Source of the DNA: a bacterium
GTDB lineage: Bacteria > Patescibacteriota > Dojkabacteria > JAKAPS01 > JAJZLI01
NCBI GenBank assembly: GCA_021846685.1
Contig: JAJZWL010000001.1
Coordinates: 387-64,386 of the forward strand
Reading direction: 5' to 3'
Length of the DNA stretch: 64,000 nucleotides
Within the stretch, counting starts at the first letter, position 1. Each line of letters begins with the position of its first letter. Positions 1 to 10,062 of the stretch are shown here, one piece after another. Position numbers and translations under genes: made by a program. A model generated the notes under the pieces. It worked only from the letters and a program-made list of their open reading frames with translations, did not search any database and was not told the DNA's origin.

Positions 1-633
1 ATTAATATTGGAAAACTTTCCTCAATTACAGATCTTTCAGCATATTTTATGGCAGGCTCCCCAGGGGCAGGTAAAACTGAATGGTCTAAATCGTTTATTA
101 AAACTCTTATAGATAAAGAACCTAACAGAACTATAGTGAGAATTGATCCTGATGAAATCAGAGAATTCTTACCCAACTATATTCCAGAACAAGCAGATAT
201 ATTTCAAGGTGCAACTGCTCTTGGAGTGGAAAAAATTCTTGATTATGTACTAAAAAACAATCAAGATTTTTTACTTGATGGGACTTTTTCTAATTATGAG
301 GTTTCTTATAAAAATGTTAAACGTTCACTCAATAAAGGAAGAAAAGTTGCTGTAATATATATTTACCAGGATCCTTTAATTGCATGGGATTTTACAAAGA
401 AGCGAGCATTTATTGAAAAAAGAATTATTCCCAAACAAGCATTTATCAGATCTTTTTTTAAAGCTCATGAAAATGTAACCAAAATTAAAGAAGAATTTGG
501 TAATTCTATTGAGATCTGGTTAGTGAAAAGAAATTATCATAGAAAAACAGAAAAAGTATATCTTGATATTGATAAAGTTGATAATTATATTAAAAATGAA
601 TATAATAAAGAAAATTTGGAAAAATTATTATGA
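1..633 (+). CDS. Zeta-toxin-family P-loop kinase (5' partial)
   Basis: Walker A AGSPGAGKT, RIDPDEIR and LLDGTFS motifs; frame is open back to base 1, so the start lies outside the window. Confidence 0.8.
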   Translation: MNIGKLSSITDLSAYFMAGSPGAGKTEWSKSFIKTLIDKEPNRTIVRIDPDEIREFLPNYIPEQADIFQGATALGVEKILDYVLKNNQDFLLDGTFSNYEVSYKNVKRSLNKGRKVAVIYIYQDPLIAWDFTKKRAFIEKRIIPKQAFIRSFFKAHENVTKIKEEFGNSIEIWLVKRNYHRKTEKVYLDIDKVDNYIKNEYNKENLEKLL

Positions 634-806
634 AACATTTAGTTAATAAGTTAAAAATCAAAAAATCAGGAACTACAAGTTTCTTTGATTATCCTGAAAA
701 AGAGAAAATAGATATAATAACTAAAGCTGCAAAAGAAGCAAATAAGATGCAGAGTGAATTAATTAAAAAATATACTAAATTACAAAATAATCCTTCTTAT
801 AATTAG
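630..806 (+). CDS. 58-aa protein coupled to the zeta toxin, putative antitoxin/partner
   Basis: Not in the ORF track; ATGA overlap with the zeta stop; MKHLVNKLKIKKSGTTSFFDYPEKEKIDIITKAAKEANKMQSELIKKYTKLQNNPSYN. Confidence 0.65.
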   Translation: MKHLVNKLKIKKSGTTSFFDYPEKEKIDIITKAAKEANKMQSELIKKYTKLQNNPSYN

Positions 807-1045
807 GTTTTGCTTTATTTCTAATATAGTTTAGGAAAAGTAATTCTATTATTTTCATCATGTCCAATTTATCTAGTTTTTTCAAAGGTTAAAGTGAGGT
901 TTTTAAAATAGGGTTCCACCCACAGGACAGCTTATCGAAAATTTATATATATGCTCAATCACTATTTTAGTTATATATAATTAATATTTTAACTAATATT
1001 TCAACCTATCAATTTCTATATTTTTATTATATATACTTTTTCTAA

Positions 1046-1200
1046 TGGTTACTCATATAGTAGTTTATTCTCCTAATTTATTCTTAGAAAACTTTTACGA
1101 AAATATGGGTACTTGGCAGACACAATATTATGTACACATTTGAGATAAAATACAGAAATTTCAAATCATTACATTCCAGAATTTGATTTCAGGGTTATAA
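1046..1200 (+). pseudogene. Possible remnant of a DUF559/Vsr-like endonuclease gene
   Basis: Frameshifted fragments VYSPNL / LRKLLRKYGYLADTILCTHLR* resemble the DUF559 N-terminus (YNPKL..ARELRKN.T.AE..LW..L). Confidence 0.3.
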
Positions 1201-1226
1201 AAAAAAAAGACTTCTATAAATAAACC

Positions 1227-2393
1227 TTAAAAACTCCAATTTCCATCTATTTCAAAAAAACCTTTAATATTAGTTTTTTTAGAAAAAATCTTAAAATTTT
1301 TAATTCTTTCTATAGAGACTAATTGTTCTGTTAAATCTTTATTATAAATAACTATAGAAATAAAATATTCAGATGATATTAATTTTAAATTATTACATAC
1401 AAAATTAATATGTCCTTTTTTCTCTAATTTATCTATATTAAATATATTATATGTACTAATAGAAGATACAACAGTCCCATCATCTCTTGTTATAATAAAT
1501 TCTATATTAGGATTTACGATTATTTCTTTCAAATTATATTCCAAAGATATTGTCACTTTTTCATTAGAATCAAAAATAGAGGTGTCCTCTCCTTTTGAAT
1601 TTAAAAGCTTTATTTTCAACTTTTCATCTATTTTGTCAGTCTTGCTTATTTTACTTTTATTAAAAGATATTTCACTATATTTTTGTAGTACATTAAAAGC
1701 TTTTCCTTCTTTACTGATAGATCCTTTTTCTAAAAGTATTACTCTATCGCAAAACTCTTCAATAGCACCCATTGAGTGAGACACAAAAATAATTGTTTTC
1801 CCTTGTTGTTTTAGAGTTCTAAACATATCAAAACATTTTTGCTGAAAAGCAAGGTCTCCTACTGCTAGAACTTCATCTAATATATATATATCCCCTTCAG
1901 ACTGAATTGCAATCGAGAAAGCTAATCTTACTTGCATTCCTGAAGAAAAATTCTTAAGTTGAGTTTCTTCAAATCCTTGTAATTCTGAAAATTCAATTAT
2001 ACTTTTATATTTAGCTTTAATTTGGTCTCTAGTAAGCCCTAATATTACTCCATTTAAAAAAACATTATCCTTTGCAGTAAGCTCTGGATTAAAACCTACT
2101 CCTAATTCTAAAAATGGAATTAACTTTCCTTTAGAAATAACTTCTCCTTTATTCGGGAGATATATATTTGATATTATTTTCAAAAGGGTACTTTTCCCTG
2201 ATCCATTTCTACCTATTATTCCTAAGAATTCTCCTTTTGAAACAGAAAAAGAAACATTATCAACTGCTACAAAGGATCTATATTTTGCCTTTCTAAAAGG
2301 ATGAATAAAATAATCTTTCATTTGAGTTCTTCTCTCTATTGGAATTTTAAAATTTTTTGTTATATTTTTTAATTCTATTACTGTCTCTTTCAT
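1227..2393 (-). CDS. wzt: Polysaccharide ABC exporter ATPase (Wzt/TagH-like) with C-terminal carbohydrate-binding domain
   Basis: GRNGSGKST, FSSGMQVRLAFS, ILDEVLAVGD; Wzt_C-like tail. Confidence 0.92.
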   Translation of the reverse strand: MKETVIELKNITKNFKIPIERRTQMKDYFIHPFRKAKYRSFVAVDNVSFSVSKGEFLGIIGRNGSGKSTLLKIISNIYLPNKGEVISKGKLIPFLELGVGFNPELTAKDNVFLNGVILGLTRDQIKAKYKSIIEFSELQGFEETQLKNFSSGMQVRLAFSIAIQSEGDIYILDEVLAVGDLAFQQKCFDMFRTLKQQGKTIIFVSHSMGAIEEFCDRVILLEKGSISKEGKAFNVLQKYSEISFNKSKISKTDKIDEKLKIKLLNSKGEDTSIFDSNEKVTISLEYNLKEIIVNPNIEFIITRDDGTVVSSISTYNIFNIDKLEKKGHINFVCNNLKLISSEYFISIVIYNKDLTEQLVSIERIKNFKIFSKKTNIKGFFEIDGNWSF

Positions 2394-2395
2394 AA

Positions 2396-3157
2396 TTAAA
2401 AGTCCTCTGCTATCTTCATTATTTTTTTACTAAAAAATCTATAGCTAAAATAAAGAAATACTACAGATATAATAAATATTATCAAAGTAGAATAAACTGA
2501 CTCTATTTTATTATAAATTAAAGCCTCTCTCGTAAAATTGAATATATGAGTTAAAGGATTAGCATCAATCAAATATAAAGTTTTCCCCTTAATAAGAGAT
2601 AGTGGGTATACAATAGGAGTTAGATAAAATAAAACTAACATAAAAATATCCCAAATATGTTGTAAATCTCTAAATAGAACATGAAGAATACTTATTGAAA
2701 AAGAGATAGCTAATCCTAATATATACAGAATGACTATACCAAATAAAAAGATTAATATATCTAAAGGAGATGGCAATATATGATTAAATGCAAAAAAGAT
2801 AATTATAACAACCAAATTAAAGGTAAAGTTCACTACAGCTATAAGACTAGACCCTACAACTGCTAAATATCTTTTAAAATTAACTTTCAGCATCATATCT
2901 TTTTTTTGTAAAAGGGAATTTAATCCATTAATTGTAATTTCTTGGAAAAAAGTATACATAATAGTTCCCAAAAGTAGGTATAATGCATAAAATTTAACGG
3001 TATTTCCCAAAAGAAGTGAAAATACTATATACATTACAGTAAATATCAAAAGAGGTTTAATAACAACCCAAAGAAACCCTAATATTGAGTTATTATACCT
3101 TAATGTAAAATCAGTTTTAACAAATTCTAACAGGAGATCTTTATCCGTTCTTTTCAT
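2396..3157 (-). CDS. wzm: Polysaccharide ABC exporter permease (Wzm)
   Basis: RYNNSILGFLW, FYLTPIVYP, NPL motifs, about six TM segments, adjacent to wzt. Confidence 0.92.
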   Translation of the reverse strand: MKRTDKDLLLEFVKTDFTLRYNNSILGFLWVVIKPLLIFTVMYIVFSLLLGNTVKFYALYLLLGTIMYTFFQEITINGLNSLLQKKDMMLKVNFKRYLAVVGSSLIAVVNFTFNLVVIIIFFAFNHILPSPLDILIFLFGIVILYILGLAISFSISILHVLFRDLQHIWDIFMLVLFYLTPIVYPLSLIKGKTLYLIDANPLTHIFNFTREALIYNKIESVYSTLIIFIISVVFLYFSYRFFSKKIMKIAEDF

Positions 3158-3210
3158 ATTAACATTATATATTAAATTTTATAATTAAAAAAATAAAACT
3201 AGAGTAATCT

Positions 3211-3681
3211 TTATATATTTGATGTCTTATCTACGACAAAATTGTCTAGTCTAGTTTTTATTCCTCTCTTAAATGACCTAATTAAAAGATATACAGTATC
3301 TAAATTAGAATCATATCTAGAAGCTATAGGAGAGAATCTACAATCATGACTGGGAAGAGTTTTATTCTTAATATTTTCATATATACAATCTACAAACTTT
3401 TCTCTTTGTATATCGCTACATTCAGTTATTACAAAGATAACTCCTAAATTGCTAATATTAGGATTCGTTGCAAAATATTCTCTTAAATCTTCTGCAGAAT
3501 TAACTTCTATACCATCAATCTTGATGCCCGAAGATTTGTTATCCTCTCTGATCCGTCCTAAATACTCTTCTGAAATAGCTTTCTCATCTCCCATCAAAAA
3601 TACAACTGCATCTTTTTCAAGTAATATAGGATCCCATGTTTTTTGTTCAGTACTTTCTAATTTTTCCATATTTATAAACAT
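3211..3681 (-). CDS. Hypothetical protein (start may be 3669)
   Basis: 156-aa ORF with protein-like composition, no recognised motif. Confidence 0.55.
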   Translation of the reverse strand: MFINMEKLESTEQKTWDPILLEKDAVVFLMGDEKAISEEYLGRIREDNKSSGIKIDGIEVNSAEDLREYFATNPNISNLGVIFVITECSDIQREKFVDCIYENIKNKTLPSHDCRFSPIASRYDSNLDTVYLLIRSFKRGIKTRLDNFVVDKTSNI

Positions 3682-3717
3682 AAAATAATAACAATATGGT
3701 ATACTATCATAAAAATA

Positions 3718-4629
3718 ATGAAGAGAAAAGACATATCTATAGTAATAGTGACATATAATGTAAGGAAATTACTCATTGATTGTTTAGAATCAATAAAGAA
3801 TTCGAACGACACTCTTTCAAAAGAAATTTTTGTAGTTGATAATGGAGATGATGATACATATACATATTTTGAGAATAAAAAAGAATATATATATATAAAA
3901 AATAAAGAAAACTTAGGATTTTCAAAAGCTAACAATATTGCTCTTAAAAAAGCTACCGGAAGATATCTATTAATACTTAACCCAGATACAAAACTTAAAA
4001 AAAATACCCTTTCTATTATGTATAACTTTATGCAAGAGAATAAAGATATTGGGCTTTCAACTTGCCCTTTATACCTTCCAGATAAGTCATTAGATAAAGC
4101 ATGTAGAAGAAATTTCCCAACTATAAAAAGTGCTTTGGGAAAAATTTTCTTTTTATCGCGCATATCCACTAAATTTGAAGGATATAATATCAACATAGAC
4201 AATAGGACTCAGACTGACATAGATGCTTGTTCTGGGGCATTTATGTTTGCCAGAAGCGAGATTTTTAAAGGAGATAAACATCATAAAAAAGTTTCTTTTT
4301 TTGATGAAGATTTCTGGGCTATGGGGGAAGATTTAGATTTATGCTATAGAATAAAAAAATCTGGGTGGAGAATAACTTTTTATCCTAAAACTTCTATACT
4401 CCACTACAAAGGGGCTTCTGGAGGACTTAAAAAATCAAGTAGAAAATTAAGCAGTGCTGATATGAAAACAAAAAGGAAATGGCTTAAAGCCTATTCAGAT
4501 GCTATGTATATATTTTATAAAAAGCATTATCTTAAAAAACACAGTAAATTTACAAATTTCACAGTAGTAATAGGAATACAGATATACTATATATTAAAAA
4601 TATCTAAATTAGTTATAACAAAAAAATAA
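3718..4629 (+). CDS. Glycosyltransferase family 2 (rhamnosyltransferase-like)
   Basis: SIVIVTYN, VVDN, NLGFSKANN, LNPDT, EDLDLC. Confidence 0.92.
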   Translation: MKRKDISIVIVTYNVRKLLIDCLESIKNSNDTLSKEIFVVDNGDDDTYTYFENKKEYIYIKNKENLGFSKANNIALKKATGRYLLILNPDTKLKKNTLSIMYNFMQENKDIGLSTCPLYLPDKSLDKACRRNFPTIKSALGKIFFLSRISTKFEGYNINIDNRTQTDIDACSGAFMFARSEIFKGDKHHKKVSFFDEDFWAMGEDLDLCYRIKKSGWRITFYPKTSILHYKGASGGLKKSSRKLSSADMKTKRKWLKAYSDAMYIFYKKHYLKKHSKFTNFTVVIGIQIYYILKISKLVITKK

Positions 4630-4686
4630 TTTTATATTTATAGTATAAGAATTTACTCCTTACAGAAGAACTTCTATTTTAAATAA

Positions 4687-5007
4687 TTAAAGAGATGATC
4701 CAGTTGAAGTATTTTGAGAAAGAAGACTATTCAATTGAGAAAAACTAGTAGAATTAACATAATTTATAGCATTTGAAAGTCCTGTATATGAAGTAACTTT
4801 TGGTACTGAAGTTGCTGAATTTTGGGTACTTGTTGGTGTTTTCATAGTCATATTACTTTCAACATAAGACTGATAATTAGCAGCATTTACTAATTCTAAG
4901 AGAGCTATAGCAAAAAGCAATAAAAGTACTACTCCTAAAACTCGATATATAGTAATATCTTTTTTCAATGTTTTTATTTGTTCAAATTCACTTTTTTCTT
5001 CAGACAT
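4687..5007 (-). CDS. Small single-TM membrane protein
   Basis: One hydrophobic helix, Ser/Thr-rich tail; 2 nt downstream of the previous gene on this strand. Confidence 0.65.
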   Translation of the reverse strand: MSEEKSEFEQIKTLKKDITIYRVLGVVLLLLFAIALLELVNAANYQSYVESNMTMKTPTSTQNSATSVPKVTSYTGLSNAINYVNSTSFSQLNSLLSQNTSTGSSL

Positions 5008-5009
5008 AA

Positions 5010-5636
5010 TTATTTAGTAGTAGATAAAGTACTTTTATTCGTGCTACCGGTAGAACTTCTAACAGCAACTAAAAGATTAATTACTGCTTTCTTATATAAA
5101 TTCAGATCTGTAATTTCATTTTTCATATCAGTATTAAAAGCTAATATTTGTGTTTGAGGAGCAGAGTTATTACAAGAAAAATTACCAGAATCTAAACTAA
5201 ATTGATTTAATTGACCTTGAGCTGTATCTTGAGCTGTCAAAACAGCTGTTGATAAAGTTGCATAATTTGAAACTACAATACCTTTAGGCAAAAGAGAGTT
5301 ATTATAATAATCCTGAACCCTAGAAACAATAGTAGAGAATCTATTAATTATATTATTTGATAATTCATATAACTTTTTATCTCTATTTTTAACACTAGAT
5401 GCAATTTTGATGCATGCAGTTTGCAATCCATTCCCTGAGTGAGAAGTTCCAGCCCCCTTAGCACTACTAGCATTCGATCCATTTGTGGATGCAGCACTAG
5501 CATGAGAAGAAGCAGTACTTACATTATGAGAAGAAGCATTCCTTGAGTTAGAAGCAGCTGTTGATCTAGCATATACAGCTCCAGCGGAAACAGCTAATAC
5601 AAGAACAGTTACAGGTAATAAATATTTCAATTTCAT
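5010..5636 (-). CDS. Secreted helical protein with Ser/Ala linker
   Basis: Signal peptide ending VYA, low-complexity linker, two Cys, amphipathic helices. Confidence 0.75.
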   Translation of the reverse strand: MKLKYLLPVTVLVLAVSAGAVYARSTAASNSRNASSHNVSTASSHASAASTNGSNASSAKGAGTSHSGNGLQTACIKIASSVKNRDKKLYELSNNIINRFSTIVSRVQDYYNNSLLPKGIVVSNYATLSTAVLTAQDTAQGQLNQFSLDSGNFSCNNSAPQTQILAFNTDMKNEITDLNLYKKAVINLLVAVRSSTGSTNKSTLSTTK

Positions 5637-5727
5637 ACTCTAAATTATAGCAAATCTAATTTTTATGTCCAGAGTTCTTACTATAGTACTATTGTCACAA
5701 GGATAAATAATAGTATAATAAATACAT

Positions 5728-5889
5728 ATGGAAAAAAAATTAAAAATAACGATAAGAGATATAGTCATAATAATTCTTTTTTTAGTAATTATTTATCTTA
5801 TTTACAAAGATTATTCTGTTAATTCAAAATATGTAAGTTTAAAAAATAGAATACAAACTCATTCATCTAGCCTTGTTCCTAAAATATAA
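5728..5889 (+). CDS. 53-aa single-TM protein
   Basis: Not in the ORF track; MEKKLKITIRDIVIIILFLVIIYLIYKDY...; TATAAT 8 nt upstream. Confidence 0.5.
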   Translation: MEKKLKITIRDIVIIILFLVIIYLIYKDYSVNSKYVSLKNRIQTHSSSLVPKI

Positions 5890-5930
5890 GTTTCATAGAT
5901 CCCTTTTATAAATGTGATATAATTTATTCT

Positions 5931-8126
5931 ATGAATACAGAAGAAAAAGCATATAATCCAAAGATTGTAGAGAATAGAATTTTAGAATTTTGGAAAGAAT
6001 CTAAATTTTTTTCACCAGAATACAAAAAAGAAAGGACAAATACATTTACAATAATACTCCCTCCCCCAAATGCAAATAGTTCTCTTCATTTAGGAACAAT
6101 GAGTGGCAATACTATACAAGATATACTAGGAAGGTATCACAGGATGATAGGCGATAAAGTATTACTTGTTCCAGGAAAAGACCATGCTGCAATACAGACA
6201 GAAGTTGTTTTTGAAAAATACTTAGAAAAAAAAGGTATAAAAAAGAGAGATTTAGGAAGAGAAGAGTTTTATAAGCAGTGTTATGATTTTTGTATACTAA
6301 ATTCAGATATAGCAAGGGATCAAGAACAAAGAATCGGCCTTAGTGCAGATTACAGTAGAGAAAAATTTACACTTGACAAAGATATCACAAAAATGGTTTA
6401 TGAAACTTTTATAAGAATGTTTGAAGAAGGCTTAGTATATAGAGGAAAAAGAATCATTAATTGGTGTATAAAAGATCAGACTGCACTAGCAGATATAGAT
6501 ACAGAATACAAAGAAGAAGACAGTAAGCTTTATTATATTAAATATGGAGAATTAATAGTTGCAACAACAAGACCTGAAACAAAAATGGCAGATGTGGCTT
6601 TAGCTGTAAACCCAAAGGATAAAAGATATTCTCATTTAATAGGGACAAGTATAAACATACAGTCTATAGAGGGAGAAAGGTCATTACCTATAATAGGAGA
6701 AAGAAGTGTTGACCCTGAATATGGAACGGGGATATTAAAAGTAACCCCAGGACACTCAAAAGAGGACTTTAAAATAGGAGAAAAAAATAATCTTCCAATT
6801 ATATCTGTAATAAACACATATGGGAAAATGACATATGGGAAATATAAAGGACTAAAGATTAAAGAAGGAAGAGAAAAAGTTGTAGATGATTTGAAAAAAC
6901 TTGGATTAATAGAAAAGATTGAAGATATAAAACATAATATTCAAATATGCGAAAGATGTAAACAAGATATAGAGCCCCTAATATCTTATCAATGGTTTAT
7001 ACGAACAAAGGAATTCGCAAAAAAGGCAATAATGGCAAGTGAGAAAGAGGAGATAAAATTTTACCCTAAAAGACAGGAGAAGAATTATTTAAGATTTTTG
7101 GAGAATATAGAAGATTGGTGTATCTCTAGACAACAATGGTGGGGCCAAAGAATTCCAGCATATTATTGTGGAGGGAAAGAAACAATAATTGATGAGAATG
7201 GAGATATTACAGAAAAAATACTAGGTTGTGGAAAAATTGTAGCATCCATAGATACTCCAAAAGAATGTCCTGACTGTAAAAACACAAATATGATTCAAGA
7301 TGAAGATATCTTTGATACCTGGTTCTCTTCCACTCAATGGCCTTATACATCTCTTGGAGGAATAGGAAATAAAGATTATAAAGAATATTACCCCACAAAT
7401 GTAATGGAGACAGGAAGAGATATTCTGTTTTTCTGGGTAGCTAGAATGGTAATGATGGGGCTATATACAACAGGAAAGGTTCCTTTCGGTGAAGTATACT
7501 TACACGGATTAGTTCTCGACAAGGAGGGGCAAAAACAATCTAAATCTAAGGGAAATGGAATAGATCCTGCAGATATGATAGAGAAATTTGGAACAGATGC
7601 ATTAAGACTTGCTCTAGTATCTTCTGTTTCACCTGATCAAGATTTTAGATTATATGAGGAAAAGATCAAAGGGTTTAGAAATTTTATAAACAAAATATAT
7701 AACTCTGCAAGATTAGTATTCTTAACACTAGAAAATCTTTCAGAAGAAGATAAAATAAAGATAAAAGAATATATTAGAGAGGATAAAATGACCACAAAAG
7801 TTAATGTTAATATCAATCAAGAAATGACAGACCATACTCGAAATATACATAGATTTATGAAGAAATTTGAAATAGGAATAGCTGCATTTGAAATACAAAA
7901 TTTTTATCATCACACCTTTTGCGATATATACCTAGAAGAAATGAAACCTCACCTTTCGCAGATAGAGTCTAAGGCAGAATTATTAAATATATTTTTAAAA
8001 AATATTTTAATAATGCATCCATTTATTCCTTTTATTACAGAGAATATATATCAAGCATTATTAGAAAAAAATCTTATAGATACGCAAGAAAAAATAATAA
8101 TGTATGAAAAATATCCAACAATTTAA
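5931..8126 (+). CDS. valS: Valine--tRNA ligase, short form
   Basis: PPPN, PGKDHAAIQT, ATTRPET, DWCISRQQWWG, DTWFSS, KQSKSKGN. Confidence 0.95.
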   Translation: MNTEEKAYNPKIVENRILEFWKESKFFSPEYKKERTNTFTIILPPPNANSSLHLGTMSGNTIQDILGRYHRMIGDKVLLVPGKDHAAIQTEVVFEKYLEKKGIKKRDLGREEFYKQCYDFCILNSDIARDQEQRIGLSADYSREKFTLDKDITKMVYETFIRMFEEGLVYRGKRIINWCIKDQTALADIDTEYKEEDSKLYYIKYGELIVATTRPETKMADVALAVNPKDKRYSHLIGTSINIQSIEGERSLPIIGERSVDPEYGTGILKVTPGHSKEDFKIGEKNNLPIISVINTYGKMTYGKYKGLKIKEGREKVVDDLKKLGLIEKIEDIKHNIQICERCKQDIEPLISYQWFIRTKEFAKKAIMASEKEEIKFYPKRQEKNYLRFLENIEDWCISRQQWWGQRIPAYYCGGKETIIDENGDITEKILGCGKIVASIDTPKECPDCKNTNMIQDEDIFDTWFSSTQWPYTSLGGIGNKDYKEYYPTNVMETGRDILFFWVARMVMMGLYTTGKVPFGEVYLHGLVLDKEGQKQSKSKGNGIDPADMIEKFGTDALRLALVSSVSPDQDFRLYEEKIKGFRNFINKIYNSARLVFLTLENLSEEDKIKIKEYIREDKMTTKVNVNINQEMTDHTRNIHRFMKKFEIGIAAFEIQNFYHHTFCDIYLEEMKPHLSQIESKAELLNIFLKNILIMHPFIPFITENIYQALLEKNLIDTQEKIIMYEKYPTI

Positions 8127-8300
8127 AGACGTATAGGGATTTGCGAATACATATGTTTATATTTAAGTACTAAAGCGATCTTTAATAAATTTAAAGAATT
8201 ACAAAGCAAATGATTTAATATTTTTCAAAAACCTCTATCAATAAAAATATACTCTTAATATTGATAAAATAATATAAAGTATGATACTATTCTCTTGTTT

Positions 8301-8948
8301 ATGAAAGACAGTATAAAGTTAGAAGCTCAAAAAAGAATACTTACTGGGAAAAAAGTTTCTCAATTAAGAACTGAAGGAAATATTCCTGCAGCTGTATTTG
8401 GAATTAATGGAAATCTGAATATAGTATTGAGTAAAAAGCTTTTTATTAAAACTTATGAGAAAGCTCAATACACATCAATAATAGACCTAATACTAGAAAA
8501 AACAAACCACAATGTTCTTATCTCAGAAATACAAGTACATCCAGTAACAAATGACGTATTACATGTAACTTTTCAAGAGGTCTCTTTAGAGAAAAAAGTT
8601 AATAAAAATGTTCCAATAGAACTTACAGGAGAAGCTCCTGCTATAAAAACATATAACGGAATATTAGTTCACTCACTTCAAGAAATTGAAATAGAAGCTT
8701 TACCTATGAATATTCCACAAAGTATAAAGGTAGATATTTCTGTATTAGAAAATATAGGTGATTCTATTCTTATAAAAGATCTTGTATTAGATGAGAGCTT
8801 AGAATTGGTTTCAAAAGATGAGGATGATATGGATATTGCAATAGTCACAATTTCACCTCCTACAGAAGAAGCCGAGGAAGAAGAGGGGGAAGTTTCTCCA
8901 GATGATGTAGAAATCATAAATGAGAAGAAAGAAGAAACTCCAGAATAA
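8301..8948 (+). CDS. rplY: 50S ribosomal protein L25 (Ctc form)
   Basis: LRTEGNIPAAVFG, IQVHPV, EIEALP, acidic tail. Confidence 0.95.
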   Translation: MKDSIKLEAQKRILTGKKVSQLRTEGNIPAAVFGINGNLNIVLSKKLFIKTYEKAQYTSIIDLILEKTNHNVLISEIQVHPVTNDVLHVTFQEVSLEKKVNKNVPIELTGEAPAIKTYNGILVHSLQEIEIEALPMNIPQSIKVDISVLENIGDSILIKDLVLDESLELVSKDEDDMDIAIVTISPPTEEAEEEEGEVSPDDVEIINEKKEETPE

Positions 8949-9049
8949 TACAATAAAATCTATTGTCCACCTAAATACTATTTTATATATAAGTAATATA
9001 AAATATAAATAATATCTAATAATATCTATCGAGTAAAAAGAGTTTCTAC

Positions 9050-9552
9050 TTAAAAATTCTTTGCTTTTTCTATTACTTTTTCAACATCATCTACAAAATT
9101 AGGCAAAGAGTTATATATGCTTATAGCAACTAATTCATTATAGGCATGGGATGTTAAATTTCTTTGTTTTAAGTATTCAAACCAGGTATCTATATTATCT
9201 ATAAGACCCAATCTCAATGCATCTCTAAATATATTTTTAGAACCATACACATCTCTAATTCCATTATTTTTTAAGATTTCATATATGAATTTCCATGAAA
9301 GCTCGAAAGTAAATTCATTTGTATTGAGGCATCTCTAATTATTGTATTTTCCGGTTCTTCTAATGCATCTTTAAGTTTCACCCATTCTCTAGGAGATACT
9401 TTATTTTTCCCATCAAAGCCTATATCTATATCAGAAAATTTATTTCTATCACTTGTAGCAGAAGAACCAAAGATAAATATTGAGTATTCATCTTTGGCAA
9501 CTATATTAAATATGATATTTCTAATCTCATCTATTATTTCCTTATCTAACAT
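9050..9552 (-). pseudogene. Decayed MNT-HEPN toxin-antitoxin pair (deletion fusion plus frameshift)
   Basis: MNT motif FGSSA..SDIDIG runs in frame into HEPN IIRDASIQ; after a frameshift EFTFELSWK...RNLTSHAYN. Confidence 0.8.
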
Positions 9553-9681
9553 AGCACTATAATATCACTATTTAACAGAATTTTAGCAAATTATTAATAT
9601 CGTAAGATCTAAATATGGATTTTTTAGATATTAATAACATAGAAATCCACAATAAGAAGAAGGGGCTCTATTAGTATAAAT

Positions 9682-10062
9682 TTATTTAAGGATATAGTTT
9701 TTATAACATGACACAGAAGCGCCTACACCATTCCCTTGAACAGTAAAATTAACAACTTCTGGACTACTAGGTTTTTTAAATTTATTTAAATAGTTAATAG
9801 CCTGAGTTCTATAATAAGTACACGGGGTACCAGTTATACTTACAAATAAGCTTTTCCCTATTTCATCTACACTAAATCCAGACAAAGAAACTGGAGAAGA
9901 TTTGGCATAATATTTTTTTACAGAGACATTACTTTTATGGTTAGTCTTTACATTATTATTTTTACTAAAAGAGAGAAACATGCTAAAAAATATTATTGCA
10001 ACAAAGATAATAATAGAAATAATTATATATATAAAATTGTGTTTTACTTTATTTAAATTCAT
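9682..10062 (-). CDS. Small membrane-anchored exported protein
   Basis: N-terminal TM, Cys pair; ATG 10062 overlaps the upstream stop (ATGA). Confidence 0.7.
   Translation of the reverse strand: MNLNKVKHNFIYIIISIIIFVAIIFFSMFLSFSKNNNVKTNHKSNVSVKKYYAKSSPVSLSGFSVDEIGKSLFVSITGTPCTYYRTQAINYLNKFKKPSSPEVVNFTVQGNGVGASVSCYKNYILK

Noticed and set aside
5890-5930. T-box leader before valS
   Set aside because: No room; a -10 element lies 7 nt from the ATG
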